NCBI GenBank assembly: GCA_951406725.2
Contig: OX597820.1
Location: 126,728,001-126,792,000, forward strand
Length of the DNA stretch: 64,000 nt
Origin: Octopus vulgaris
Lineage: Eukaryota
Direction: 5' to 3'
Shown: positions 26,318-39,244 of the stretch, in pieces
Layout: each line of letters opens with the position of its first letter
Position numbering within the stretch: the first letter of the stretch is position 1
The notes under the pieces: model-generated
The model's input: only the letters and a program-made list of their open reading frames with translations
Told to the model about the DNA's origin: nothing
The model's database searches: none
Translations under genes and position numbers: made by a program

Positions 26318-26844
26318 CATCATCATTTAACGTCCGTTGTCCATGCTGGCATGGGTTGGATGGTTTGACCAGGGCTGGTAAGCTGAGGGGCTGCATCAGA
26401 CTCCAGTCTGATTTGGCATGGTTTCTTTGGCTGGATGCCTTTCCAAACACCAACCTCTCCAAGAGTGTAATGGGTGCTTCTACATGACACTGGCATGGGT
26501 GCCATTTGTGTGACACCAGTATCTGGCACAACTGTGATTTTACTTGGCTTGTCAGGTCTTCTTCTCAATGGACTTGGTCATTGCCTCTGTGAGACCCAAT
26601 GCTCAAAGCATGACATAGTGCCAAATGATCTCGGTCTTTGCATCTGTGAGGCCCAACACTCAAAAGGTGCTTTTATGTGCCACCAGCATGAGTGCCATTT
26701 GCATGAAACTGGTATCTGCCAGGATTGCGATTTTACTTGGCTTAATGGGTCTTCTTCTCAAGCATGACATAATGCCAAAGGTCTCAATCATTGCCTCTGT
26801 GAGGCCCAGTACTTAACACTTGGAAGGTGCGTTATACGTGCCAC

Positions 26845-26845
<1 letters not shown>
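26318..26845 (-). mobile_element. RTE-type LINE 3' UTR with internal tandem duplications
   Basis: Homologous to 47900-48483, with (GAT)n tail. Confidence 0.8.
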
Positions 26846-26881
<36 letters not shown>

Positions 26882-27766
26882 ATATATATATATATGTGTG
26901 TGTGTATATATGTGTATGTGTGTATATAGTGAAGGCACATAGGTTAGAGGTCAGGGTGTTGCACTCACAATCTTGCAATCACGATATCAATTCCTAGACC
27001 TGTTCTGTTCTTGAGGAAAACCTTTCACTTCATGTTGCTGCAGCGTCACTTCAACGTCTGACGTATGGTACACCATGTATCTGTTCAGACAATATCAATT
27101 TGATGGAAGATGTGAGCTAATGTGCAGCACGAGCGTTTGATCACTACAAACAAATCGTTTGTGTGGGTCATTCAGCAAAAGCTGAATGCTCATATGTCGT
27201 CTTTGAGAGGTGAGTCCATAATGTATATATATATATATATGATGTGTGTGTGCGCGCGCACACACACATGCATATAGAAATCGAAATTTAATTGCATCTA
27301 TATGATCGCAGTATGGAAGATGTTTATAAGCCATTTAAGAACACACAAATGCAGTTCCAAGTTTTGTAACAGAACAGGTCACGGTTTCAGAGCGACAGAA
27401 ATGTTTCGACACAAATTAAATTTAAATGTTGAGGTGAATCTAACAGTTTTTGTCTTTCTTAAATGGCTTATAAACATCTTCCATGCTGCAATTGTTTTTA
27501 TTTCAGCCCATGATCTCAGATCAAGTCTCTTGCTATGCAAGTACATCTCCATAGTGTATTTATATGTATGTATGCATGCATGTATGTGTCATTATCCTCA
27601 TTTAACATCTGTGAGTTGCAGGGTTGAGCCACAGATTTACAAATATGGAATTGGTAAGAATTGTAATTGTCAACTGAACACGAGTGATTCTTTAAGAAAA
27701 CTGATCAGAGAGAATAAAATATAAGCAAACAGTTTCAACATTTGGAATGCATCTATGTGTATATTT

Positions 27767-27876
<110 letters not shown>

Positions 27877-28239
27877 CATATAGTAGTTACAGTATCATCA
27901 TCTTTTAGTGTCCATCGTCCATGTTGGCATGGGTTAGACAGTTTAACCAGGGCTGGCAAGCTGGAAGGCTGCACCAGACTCCAGTCTGACTTGGCATGGC
28001 TTCTATGGCTGGATGCCCTTCCTAACACCAACCAAGACCACAATGGTTAGGAAGCAAGATTCTTAATTACACAGTTGCACCTCATATACACTGGCTTATG
28101 TCCCCATAACTTAGTGGCAAAAGGGACCAATTGAATAAGGGAGCAGGCTTTACAAAAGAATAAGCACTGGACACAATAAGTTCAACCAAACAAGGTGGTG
28201 CCCCAGCATGACCACAGTCTAATGATTGAAACAAGTAAA

Positions 28240-28925
28240 ATCTGTCCCAACCCCACCATCATCGAATCTGCATCAAATTTTGCCAAACTCTTGGTGATAC
28301 CTACTCAGAGGCTAATGCCAAGTTTTCAAAACGTTTTCATCGTTCTCGACACAATCAAGAAAATCTTGTGCAACTGAAACGGGAGTGTCTTTTTGGTCAG
28401 TTGAAAGCAGTTTTGCCACAAACTTGGCAGACATGCATCTCACACCCAAATCTTCAGTGATAATGGACTGAACTGAACAGTAAATAATCTGCACATCCTC
28501 TGATAACTCACATATGGTGATTTGATGATTTCCTCTCACATCTGCGATGTTTTACTCAGTTCTACTGGTTGGAGGTCTCCCAGAACGATCGTCACTATCA
28601 ACATTTTTGCCACCATCTTGGAAACATCTGAACAACTCATACACTTGTGCACAGCTCATGCACCACTCCCCATACACTTTCTGCAACTTTGTATAAGCCC
28701 CTGAGCAGGTATCGCCATGACAACTTTCTCTATCATGGTCAATGCAACAATCACACGCTACACACCTTCCTTCCAAGTACTGCTGTAAACAGCGGAAGGG
28801 AGCTAGAATCTTAAAACTTAGTGTGCATGTATAGCAGAGCTCAAGGTCAATCTTTGCCAAGCAGCTTCACTTTTTAGCTTTGTCACTATGGTAACAGTCC
28901 GGATACTTATTGATCAGACCGTGTG
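28240..28925 (-). mobile_element. Mariner transposon 5' half (N-terminal HTH region, pseudogenised)
   Basis: YTKLQKVYGE..MS..QVYE.FRCFQDG..NVDSDDRSGRPPTSRTE and AKFVAKLLSTDQK. Terminus ggtctgatcaataagtatccggact. Confidence 0.88.
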
Positions 28926-28927
28926 TA

Positions 28928-29104
28928 TCTTGCTTCCCAACCATTGTGGTCTTGGGTTTAGTTCCATTGTGTAGCACCTTTGGTAAAGTGTCTTGTACTA
29001 TAACCTCAGGCCAACCAAATCTTTGTGAGTGGATTTGGTAGACAAATCTGAAAGAAGCCTATTGTGTGTGTGTATGCACACATGTGTGTGTGTGTATGCA
29101 CACA

Positions 29105-29139
<35 letters not shown>

Positions 29140-29320
29140 TATGTGTCTATCCACTATTTGACAACTGGTGTCAGTTTGTTTATGTCCTCATAAGTTAATG
29201 GTTGGACAGAAGAGACCAACCGAATAAGAACTAGGCTAAAAAAATAGAACAGGGGCCAACTTGTTTGACTAAGCTCTTCGAGGCAGAATGGCTGGCCTAA
29301 AGGTTGAAATAAGTAAATGC
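28928..29320 (+). mobile_element. SINE family A, degenerate
   Basis: Head, (GT)n middle and tail match the family. Confidence 0.75.
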
Positions 29321-29326
29321 TAAAAG

Positions 29327-29366
<40 letters not shown>

Positions 29367-29592
29367 ACATACACACACACACATATGTATAAATATATAT
29401 ATATAGAGAGAGATTTAGACAGACAGGCAGATAGACAGACAGATGGGCAGGCAGGCAGTCAGGCAGACAGACAGATAGATAGGTAGGTTGGTAGACAGAC
29501 AGCCAGATAGACAAACAGACAGATAGACAGACAGAAGACAGATAGACAGACAGACAGATCGATAGATAGATAAGTAGATAGATAGATAGAGG

Positions 29593-29642
<50 letters not shown>

Positions 29643-29656
29643 GGGATAGATAGAGG

Positions 29657-29713
<57 letters not shown>

Positions 29714-30990
29714 GTAAATAGATACAGATGCAAACACAGTCATTTGTAACTACATGCATACTTAATAACGTATACACCTGAATGCATGCACACATTCATA
29801 CGAGTATTCAAGCTAATGCACTAATTACCAATTATCAGTTGCAGCCACAAGACTGCACATGTATTATTACTGCAAACTACTTACCAATTCCATATGTTAC
29901 ATTACTCCAAGAACAGGTGCCAACTAGTGCTATATGTTTCGGTGTGTGGCAGAAATATAGACAACACATTCTTTTCTCAGAACAGACATCTTAGAAATAA
30001 TGACTGGAAAATGGAAGATTTCAGATAGAAGAGAAAGAAGAGGAGGAGAAGGAATCGGAGAGGAAAGGAAAGAAGAAGAAATAAAGGAAGAGGATGAAGT
30101 GGGCAGGGAATTTATGGCTGCCACCATGGCTGCAGATGATCACAAAGTCTGTGAAGCAGATTTATTGTAGATGTTTCTTCTTGGTCATTCGACCTTACTA
30201 GAAATAGTAGCAGTGGATCACACTCAGCTTTCTTGAAAAGAAACGAGAAGGACACATTGGATAATGTAGTTCTTGTAGAAGGACTATTGACTGTTTATCA
30301 AGAAAAATGACTTGATGGTCATGACTAGACTGTCTCTGTTCATAGCTCTGTTGGCTCGCATCCACCTTTGCTGCTCTTTTCTATTCAGTCTTTCAAATTC
30401 ACCTTGTACAGGTTGGGGCAGAGAAGACGAATGGTTTTGAAATGGCTATTACTCAGCCCCAGGGAGAGGGTCGTATGTCTGACTTGTACCATTTGGTCTG
30501 TGGTGTCTTAGCGCTCTTTTCTTTTCAGGTGAAGCCATGGAGCATCGTGTGTTTACCTACAACAGTTACAAGTCAGACACAAGAGATGTTCTGAGCTCAA
30601 CATTGACCAAAACACTGACCAATCTACTTTTCACCATTTCCGACTGGATCACCAGCTTCGTTAAATCTTAATATCGCAACTGGCCAGAACCTCATTAACT
30701 TGGGAAATCCGTGTATTTAGCAAAGATCCTCCAACACTATTTCCATGATTCTTAAGATAAATGGATAAATAAACCAAAAAATCACTGGTGGCATTTTTAC
30801 AGTTCTCAAAGCCTGTCCAATCAAAGCATTTAGTTTTCGGTTACGGAATATGCTTTCAGCCAGGAAAATTTGCTGCTCTCCTGTAATTAACCATTCATTA
30901 TTTATTCATTTGGGGAAAATGAACTCCAGGTGCAAATCATACAAGAGAGTAATATCACCTGTTTTATTGTTTTACTAATCTCTCTCTCTT

Positions 30991-31104
<114 letters not shown>

Positions 31105-31413
31105 ACCAGGCCTTAAATCCACTTCAATAGAAATTTCGGTTTGGAAAGTAGACTTGTAATTTCTATCATTGACTGAATACTGTGCAATCCAATCCATACC
31201 AGTTCTGGTCTTCATAAAAAAGAAAAAATGTCTCATCATCATCATCGTCATCATCATCCTCTTTTTTTGTAACATCCACCTTTCCACTTGTATGGATCAG
31301 AAGGAATTCCTTGAGGCAGTACAGAAAAGAGCATTAAAAAGCTCAAAACAGATACTTACCCATCCACAGAGGGGCATTCTGAACCGATTCTGGTGTTTAC
31401 ATCTTTCACCTAT

Positions 31414-31590
31414 AGCAGGGGTCAGCAAACAGGGGTTAATTACCCCAAGTGGGGTAAAAATGAAATTCTTGTGGTTTATGAGGACTTTTTAGACAGAAGT
31501 GAAAACGTATATCTAAAAAGTGTATTTCTTGTGTTAAAAGTGTTCTATAAAAAAATATTTCTTTTTGCAACTGAAATTTTTCTTTCAGCA
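31414..31590 (+). mobile_element. Possible hAT-type MITE end
   Basis: Begins CAGGGGTCAGCAAAC, typical of hAT/Charlie TIRs. No partner TIR seen. Confidence 0.35.
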
Positions 31591-31610
31591 TGAGGAGGCA
31601 ATTGTCTGAC

Positions 31611-31645
<35 letters not shown>

Positions 31646-31693
31646 CCTCTCTCTCTCTCTTTCTTTCTCTCTTTCTATCTCTCTCTCTCTTTC

Positions 31694-31765
<72 letters not shown>

Positions 31766-31814
31766 CTACCAGGCTTTAAAACCATTTCAATAGAAATTTT
31801 GGTTTGGAAAGTAG

Positions 31815-31990
31815 ACAAAGGGATTAAGTCGATTACATCGACCTCAGTGCGCAACTTGTACTTAATTTATCGACCTCGAGAGGATGAAAGGCAAAGTCGA
31901 CCTTGGCAGAATTTGAACTCACAACGTAACAACAGACAAAATACTGCTCAGTATTTCGCCAGGTGTGCTAACATTTCTGCCAGCTGCTTT
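31815..31990 (-). mobile_element. SINE family B fragment
   Basis: Matches 62985-63218. Further copies at 21560-21690, 37910-38060 and 44240-44412. Confidence 0.85.
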
Positions 31991-32185
31991 TTGCAACAAC
32001 TTACCTTTGCAAACAAGGATTTTCCGTTCTGATGAACATAAAAACAAAGCAGGGTAATTGATTGGATCCAAATTGCTCTGGCACCAAAAGGCCCAAATTT
32101 TGATGTATTTGTAACAAAAATAAAACGTCATTTCTCCAAAACCTGAAGTGAAAAGGTTTCTAGGAAAACCCTTTTGTTTTATAAT

Positions 32186-32685
32186 CATCATCATCATCAT
32201 CATCGTTTAAGGTCTGCTTTCCGTGCTAGCACGGGTTGGATGGTTTGACCGGGGTTTGGGAAGCCAGGAGGCTGCACCAGGTTCCAGTCTGATCTGGCAG
32301 TGTTTTTACTGCTGGATGCCCTTCCTAACGCCAACCACTCCATGAGTGTAGTGGGTGATTTTTACGTGCCAGGGGAGGCTGGCATCGGTCACGTTTGGAT
32401 GGTGCATTTTATGTGCCACCGGCACAGGTATCACAACTACAATTTCCATTTGGTATTTATTTTGATGTTGATGCACTTGACTCAATAGGTCTCCTCAAGC
32501 ACAGCAGGTCATGTGCCACCGGCACAGAAGCCAGTCAAGGCGGCACTGGCATCGGCCACGTTTGGATGGTGCTTTTTACGTGCTGCTTGCACTGGTATCA
32601 TAGTTACAGTTTCCATTTGATATCTATTTTGATATTGATGTACTTAACTCCTCAAGCACAGCAGGTCACACTACGATCCAAGGTA
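32186..32685 (-). mobile_element. RTE-type LINE 3' UTR with tandem duplication
   Basis: Homologous to 47950-48483. A unit of about 170 bp is repeated. Confidence 0.85.
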
Positions 32686-33065
32686 AGCAATTAATTTATT
32701 TTATCATATTTGTCTTATACTCATTATATTTATAATTGTTTTCTCCATATAGATAGATTCAATAAAGTTTTTGAATTCGAAGAATCAATGATTCTCTTCC
32801 TATCAAATCAAAGAGGTAATGTCAGCAGCATAGATAAATATATTTTGAGGTAATTGGCCTAAAGCGTGAATGTTTCTCATCCATAGCAAACTGCAGTGAA
32901 AATGACCTTTTTTACAGGTGGTCAAACAAGTCCTATGTATATTTGAATTGATCTCAAGTTTGTTTATTTTACATCACTGATTTGTGTACCACAAATAGAT
33001 TTTCTACAATCTGGTGTCCCTTCCTGTCAACAACTGTCACCAATTCCAAGCAAGATAATAAATAA

Positions 33066-33428
33066 CTAGCACTATGACCCTGCAACGCTGGGTCAAGTGC
33101 TAGTACATGCATATACAGCTGCATGTGTGCACACATACACGTGAGTACTGTCCAAATCTCTGACCAATCCCATACAGCTAGCTAGCATTCAATTGGCGTA
33201 TCAAGTTTCGGGCATTTTGATTGGGTTTTGGATAGAAAATTCACAAAAAAGTCACTTCTATTGATTTTTTAATGGCTTTGCGGGGTGACTGGGAAAATGT
33301 AAAGATATGCACGACCACCCTTGGACGGTTTTGAATGACCATACAAAGTGCGAGCTCTCTAACTAAATAATTGTGGATTTGTATAAAGGACACTCACACA
33401 GACATTTTGCCGTTTATATATAGAGAGA
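33066..33428 (-). mobile_element. Non-autonomous Helitron
   Basis: On -: A|TCTCTCTATATATAAACGGCAAAATGTCTGT ... hairpin GACCC-AGCGTTGCA-GGGTC then GCTAG|T. AT target site, no TSD. Confidence 0.85.
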
Positions 33429-33529
33429 TTCCTTGGTCTGTCAAACAAGAAACAACCTAAACATGGTTACACAGTGAACTGACTTTTCTATGCTTGACAA
33501 ACAGTGTTGGTTTTATTCTTTAATTCTTT

Positions 33530-33724
33530 TATTTGTTTCAGCCATCTGACTGTGGCCATGCTGGAGCACCACCTTGAAGGGTTTTAGTTAAACAAATCGA
33601 CCCCAAGTCTTAATTTTTTTAAAACTTAGTCCTTATTCTATCAGTTTATTTTGCTGAACTGGTAAGTTACAGGGAACTAAACACATCAACACTCTGTCAA
33701 GTGGTGGTAGAAACACGCACATAG

Positions 33725-33814
<90 letters not shown>

Positions 33815-34200
33815 TATGGGCAGCTTTCAGCTTCCATCTACCAAATCCGCTCACACACGCACACACATATACTATGGGCTTCTTTCAGTTTCCATCTACC
33901 AAATCCACTCACAAGGCTTTGGTCAGCACAAGGCTATAGTAGAAGACACTTGCCTCAAGGTGTTCAGCAGTAGGACTTAACCCAGAACCAGGTAATTTGG
34001 AAGCAAGCTTCTTACCACACAGCCATGCCCTGCATTGTTCCTGTAACTTAGTGGTTTGGCAAAAAGAAACCAATAAAATTAAAACCAAACTTTAAAAAAA
34101 AAAAATGTACTGGTAATGATCTGTTTGACTTAACACTTCTAGGCAGTGCCCCAGCGTGGCCACAGTCTAATGACTAAAACAAATAAAAGAAAGATGAAAG
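33530..34200. mobile_element. SINE family A (-, 33530-34030) plus a + strand tail fragment
   Basis: Sequence match to 49533-49940. Confidence 0.8.
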
Positions 34201-35159
34201 ATGCACAGAGCTGTTGGTGTCTAAATACATAATAATGTTAAAGATTAAATCTGACACATTATAGAAACTTCAAATGTTTTGAATAACTGCTCTGTTGTTT
34301 ACACAATGAAATGCCTCAGGAAAGACAAAAAGTTACCACAAGAATTCATTTTCTAGAACAGAAGGCATTGATGCATGTTCTTGGTGACAGTATTTTCTCA
34401 ATGGTATTTGTGCTTGGCCTGAAGCCAGACCAAAAACTCAGAATTAATTCCTCCATTCTTGTTTTTAGTCTTGTGAGTAGCATCTAATAATAGAGTGTTG
34501 CATTGGTGCACATCAGTGATAATTCTCTTCTATTTTGCTAGAAGCATAAGAGGATGCAAAAAATACCACATGCCCGATTGCCATACTGCACCTTATATAG
34601 AGGTTGTGATAATGTGGTCAGTTTATTTGCTAGAAATGGCAGCTAGCTAAAAATAATCCTTCTGCTCTCTTAAAGCAAAAGAAATAAAATTGAATAACAT
34701 TGTGTAGCACAATTTTTGCCCTTGGGTAAAAACTATTATTTCTTTTTGCTACATTTATTCAAACCCAAAAGAATCCCTCTTGACATGTGGCTATGGTGTT
34801 CCCCCACTACTCCTGCTTATGGTCAGACAGGCACATATTGTCAGCCAGTAAGAAATATGCTCAAGTAGCTAAGGTTAAGCAAATCTGTGGCATTGAGCAG
34901 AATATTTGCGATAACAATATTTCTGCTTCAGCAACTCAGCGCTGAATCTGTGCAAAATGTAATGGAAAATAGAACAGTTTTAAAACATTGATGTCCAGTT
35001 CATAAAAGCAAAGTTTGAAGGGGAGACTGAATAAGTTATTTCCTATGATTTTTAGATGGAAGCAATTAGGAAATAACACTTACTGACTAAAAAACAAAAA
35101 GAAAATTAAAATTTCGATGGTAATGGTGGTGGTAGTTTAAGTGATGACAGTGGTAGTGT

Positions 35160-35532
35160 TGCTGCTGCTGCTGTTGCTGCTGAGCGAACGGTCTTCGTCC
35201 CAGAGCTCGCAAGATGGGAGAAGTCCGAAACGTGGTCCTTTGCTATTCGTAAGACCCGCAGAAGAGAAAGCAGGTCAACTCCCGACACCGAGAGCATCGA
35301 CGGATGGATGAATGCGCATCCAGGCTCAGCAGTTGCGTAGGAAGTCGGGGATAAGAAACAGGAAAAGAGAGTGAGAGAAAGTTGGAGCGAAAGAGTACAA
35401 CAGGGGTCGCCACCACCTCCTGCTGTAGGCGTTTTCACTCAATAAACACACACAACGCCCAGTCTGGGAATCGAAACCGCGATCCTCCGACCGCGAGTCC
35501 ACTGCCCTAACCATTGGGCCATTGCGCCTCCA
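35160..35532 (-). mobile_element. tRNA-derived SINE family C with (CAG/CAA)n tail
   Basis: ggaggcgcaatggcccaatggttagggcagtggactcgcggtcggaggatcgcggtttcgattcccag head. Confidence 0.9.
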
Positions 35533-35534
35533 CT

Positions 35535-35553
35535 GTTGTTGCTGCTGCTGTTG

Positions 35554-35585
<32 letters not shown>

Positions 35586-35780
35586 GGTGGTGGTGGTGGT
35601 GGTGGTGGAGGCGGCGGAGGTGGCGGTGGTGGTGGTGGTAGTGGTGGTTTTGGTGGTTTTGGTGGTGGTGGTGGTAGTGGTGGTAGTGTTGGTGGTGGTG
35701 GTGGTGGTGGTGGTGGTGGTGGTGGTGGTGGTGGTGGTGGTGGTGGCGGAGGTGGTGGCGGTGGTGGTGGTGGTGGTGGG
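35535..35780. repeat. (GTT/GGT)n trinucleotide array
   Basis: Direct reading. Confidence 0.95.
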
Positions 35781-35909
35781 TCATGGATGTCTTTTAATCC
35801 AGAAATGCTTCTTTCTTTTGTGCTTCTCTTCTAACTTTTCACTTTCTGATTTGTAATCAGTGGCAGCGGCGGAAAGGAAAACAAATATAGTTCAAAGAGT
35901 GCAGAAGTT

Positions 35910-36453
35910 TAACTTGATTCACTGTTTAGCTTGATTACCCATTTATAATTTGATCCACTGTTTAAACTGATTCGATGTTTAACTTCATTGACTATGTAAC
36001 TTGATTCACCATCTGTCTTGAACCACCATTTGTCTTGATTCACTGTTTATCTTCAACCACCATTTATCTTGATTCACTGCTTAACTTAATACACCATTTA
36101 GCTTGATCCCCTGTTTAGCTTGATTCAGTGTTTAGCTTGATTACCCATTTATAATTTGATCCACTGTTTAAACTGATTCAATGTTTAACTTCAGTGACTA
36201 TGTAACTTGATTCACCATCTGTCTTGAACCACCATTTGTCTTGATTCACTGCTTAACTTGATACACCATTTAGCTTGATCCCCTGTTTAGCTTGATTCAG
36301 TGTTTAGCTTGATTCACTATTTAGTTTTATTCACTGTTTACTTTGATTCACTGCTTAGCTTGATTCATTATTTTTCTTGATTCACTCTTTAGCTTGTGTC
36401 ACTATTTAGCATGATTCCCTGTTTAGTTTAATTCACTGTTTAGCTTGATTCAC
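35910..36453. repeat. 17-bp minisatellite (cttgattcactgtttag) with a higher-order repeat of about 206 bp
   Basis: About 30 diverged units. The block 35923-36045 recurs at 36129-36251. Confidence 0.9.
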
Positions 36454-38162
36454 CATGAGATATGTGAGATGGGAAATGGGGTGCCACTCATTCAAGAACT
36501 GGTTGATGGGTGGAGGGGAGAGATGGATAAATAGGGTTTCTGTTACTAATCAACTTGGCTCTACTCCAATCAAATTTCATTCCAGAAATCCTGTTTGCTA
36601 TCCCTATCAGCTGGATGGCTGGATAAGGATGGAAGGGGATGGGCTGGTAGCGGATGGGAGATAGCCGGAGAGTGATTGGGTAGGTGAATGATGTGTAGGG
36701 TGGTTGGGTAGATGAAAGATGGAGTAAATTAGCAGTGGGGTCGTTGAAAACGGTTATGAGTTGATGGAGTTGGGTGGAGGAGAAGAGTGGCGTTTGGTCA
36801 GCATTGCTTTCTTGTTGAACAACTTTGTAGGCAGTAAGAGTACTAAGAATACACATGAGGTCTACTACCAATCAACCCCACCTAACCAACCTTCTCCTCC
36901 TCCTCCTCCTCCTCCTCCTCATTATCATCATCATCATCAACACCATCACCACAACTACTATTACCACCACCACCACCACCAGCATCACTATTACCATCTT
37001 CATCCCCAAAACAACAAAAACTTCAAACAAACTATTTCTCAAAGAACTGTCATGGCAGTGGGAAAGTGGGTAGGTAGGTGGTTGGGTGGCATGGGGTGGG
37101 GTGGGGGTAGGGGTGGTAGTAGGGGGTGGCAAAATCTAAATAAGAGACATGGTACAGGGAGTCAAGGGTGGTTGAAATGGCAGATAACAAGATGGTGGAA
37201 GATGGTGGGTGGAAATATAAATAAAAGAGATAAGGGAATCTCTTAAAGATAATAACTTGAGATGAGGAACTCACACTAATCCACCCCACGACTCCTTTCC
37301 CCAGGCTTAAAAATAGAGGTAGGTGATAAAGTCACAGAAAGATTACCTGTGGATTGCTGCCAAATAAGACACAGAGCTGTGTGTGCATGTGCGGGCATGT
37401 GTGTGTGTGTGTGTGTGTGAGAGAGTGTGTGTGTGTGTACATATGAGCATATATATGTATATACATTATTGTATGTATGTACATGCGTGTGTGTGTGTAC
37501 AAGTGCATGTGTATGTGTGAGTATATATATGCAGATGTAAATGTGTATTATTGTATGCATGTAAGTATGTGTAAGGGTGTGTATGCATGTGTGTGCTTGT
37601 GTTCAGTTGTATGTGTATGTGTGCTTTTGTGTGTGTCTGCTTCTGTACATCATAAGAAAAGAGTGCAGGGTACCTTAATCTATAAGCACTGTGATGTTAC
37701 CCCAATTACTATTTCAATAAATTTCAGGACCATCTTGATAAAAGTTTACCCAAAATCAGGCCGTGTTAGTATTAAGCAATTGCGAGATTAAAACGATGGT
37801 GGTAAGCTCAGCTGCACAGGTTCAATTCCCAGCTGGGCTTTCTCACTTTACTGAATTCTTTTAACTATGATTTCCAACTGTTATCAACAGCCTATATATA
37901 AAATGTCAGAGTGGCAGAAACATAACTGTGTGCAATAGAATGCTGTGTGGTATTCATTCTAGCTGTCAGGACTCTGAGTTCAAATCTCACCAAGGACAAC
38001 TTTTCCTTTCATCCTTTTGGGTAAGATAAATAAAGTACTAATCTAATCCAGTACTGGGGTAAATTCTTCTTTCTCACTTATGCATTCTCCTTCTCTCTTC
38101 CTGTCTCCCCCTCTTCTTTCTTTCTATCTTCATACATACATACATACATATATGTTATGGCT

Positions 38163-38234
38163 TGGTTACTGATGAGAATTTTGCCTGGCAAATTATTCTA
38201 TTTGCTAAAAAAATTTGAAATCTAGGTATCACCA
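38163..38234 (+). ncRNA. Type I hammerhead motif
   Basis: TGGTTA CTGATGA GAATTTT..TGGCAAAT/ATTTGCTA..AAAATTT GAAA TCTAGG TA TCACCA. Confidence 0.72.
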
Positions 38235-38386
38235 TAAAAAAATAACAAGGTAAAAGTTTTATTTTTCATTCCCTTCGAAATTGCTCTTAAATGTGGTTTC
38301 AGTCGTTTTGACTGCTTTTTCTAGCATGTAAAATTACCTGTTAAAGGTAATTTCTCTTGTGTTTAAAGGTGCACTATTTTACATAT

Positions 38387-38443
<57 letters not shown>

Positions 38444-38547
38444 GCAGTATCAGCACCAAGCATTGTTCAGACACAAGGGAACTTTAGGTTAGTTAAAATA
38501 TGTCTGTGGCATATTTCAGCTTCTAAAAGCAGATTCACTGCAGTTGC

Positions 38548-38781
38548 CTATTTCTTTACTACCCACAAGGGGCCAAACACAGAGGCAACAAACAAGGACA
38601 GACAAACGGATTAAGTCGATGATATCAGCCCTAGTTCGTAACTGGTACTTATTTAATTGACCCCGAAAGGATGAAAAGCAAAGTCGACCTCGGCGGAATT
38701 TGAACTCAGAATGTAGCGGCAGGCGAAATACTGCTAAGCATTTTGCCCAGTGTGCTAACGATTCTGCCAACTCGCCGCCTT
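38548..38781 (-). mobile_element. SINE family B, full length
   Basis: ggcggcgagttggcagaatcgttagc head through to gtagtaaagaaatag tail. Confidence 0.92.
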
Positions 38782-39244
38782 CACTGCAGTTACCACGGAA
38801 AAAAAAGTTCACTCTTATGGTAAAAAGGTGTGAAGACACCATATCTGTCCGGTGCTGCCCCTGTCAGATTCCCAGTTGTGCTTCTAGCTCTTTCACTGTT
38901 ATGAATAAAGTTGAGGATTGGATTCAGAGAATCAAGCAATACTCACAGTAAGCATTCCCACAAGGAATCGGCAATCACTTCACAGAATGATTGGATTGCA
39001 ATGTAGTTGCTTATACACAAATGGTTGAGTTTAACTCTACTCATGAACATAACTTGGAAGGAAAGAGAGAGAAAGAGAGAGAGAGAGAGATGTACTCCAT
39101 ATTACTCATCACAGCAATTAAACTTCCCAAACTCATCAACAAACACCCCTCAGAATTATTAGTTGCCAATTCAGACTGTCGCCAGTTTCTTTTGGTTCCA
39201 GTTTTACTCCATGACACTCTCTTAACTTGAATACTATTCAAAAG

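Noticed and set aside
30529-30671. Possible terminal exon after a strong acceptor (GEAMEHRVFTYNSYK...)
   Set aside because: No recognisable homology and no supporting upstream + strand exon. Equally plausible splice sites exist on the other strand.
35440-35532. Possible genuine tRNA genes at SINE heads (also 49215, 54733 and 57128)
   Set aside because: A and B boxes are present, but the acceptor stem does not close and each continues into a repeated SINE body.
35326-35856. Poly-Gly/His/Val ORFs (also poly-Arg/Lys at 41017 and poly-Asp/Met at 46448 and 55855)
   Set aside because: Trinucleotide arrays are open in several frames on both strands and abut retroposon tails.
35910-36453. CRISPR-like array
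   Set aside because: Contiguous tandem units without unique spacers, eukaryotic context, and no cas genes.
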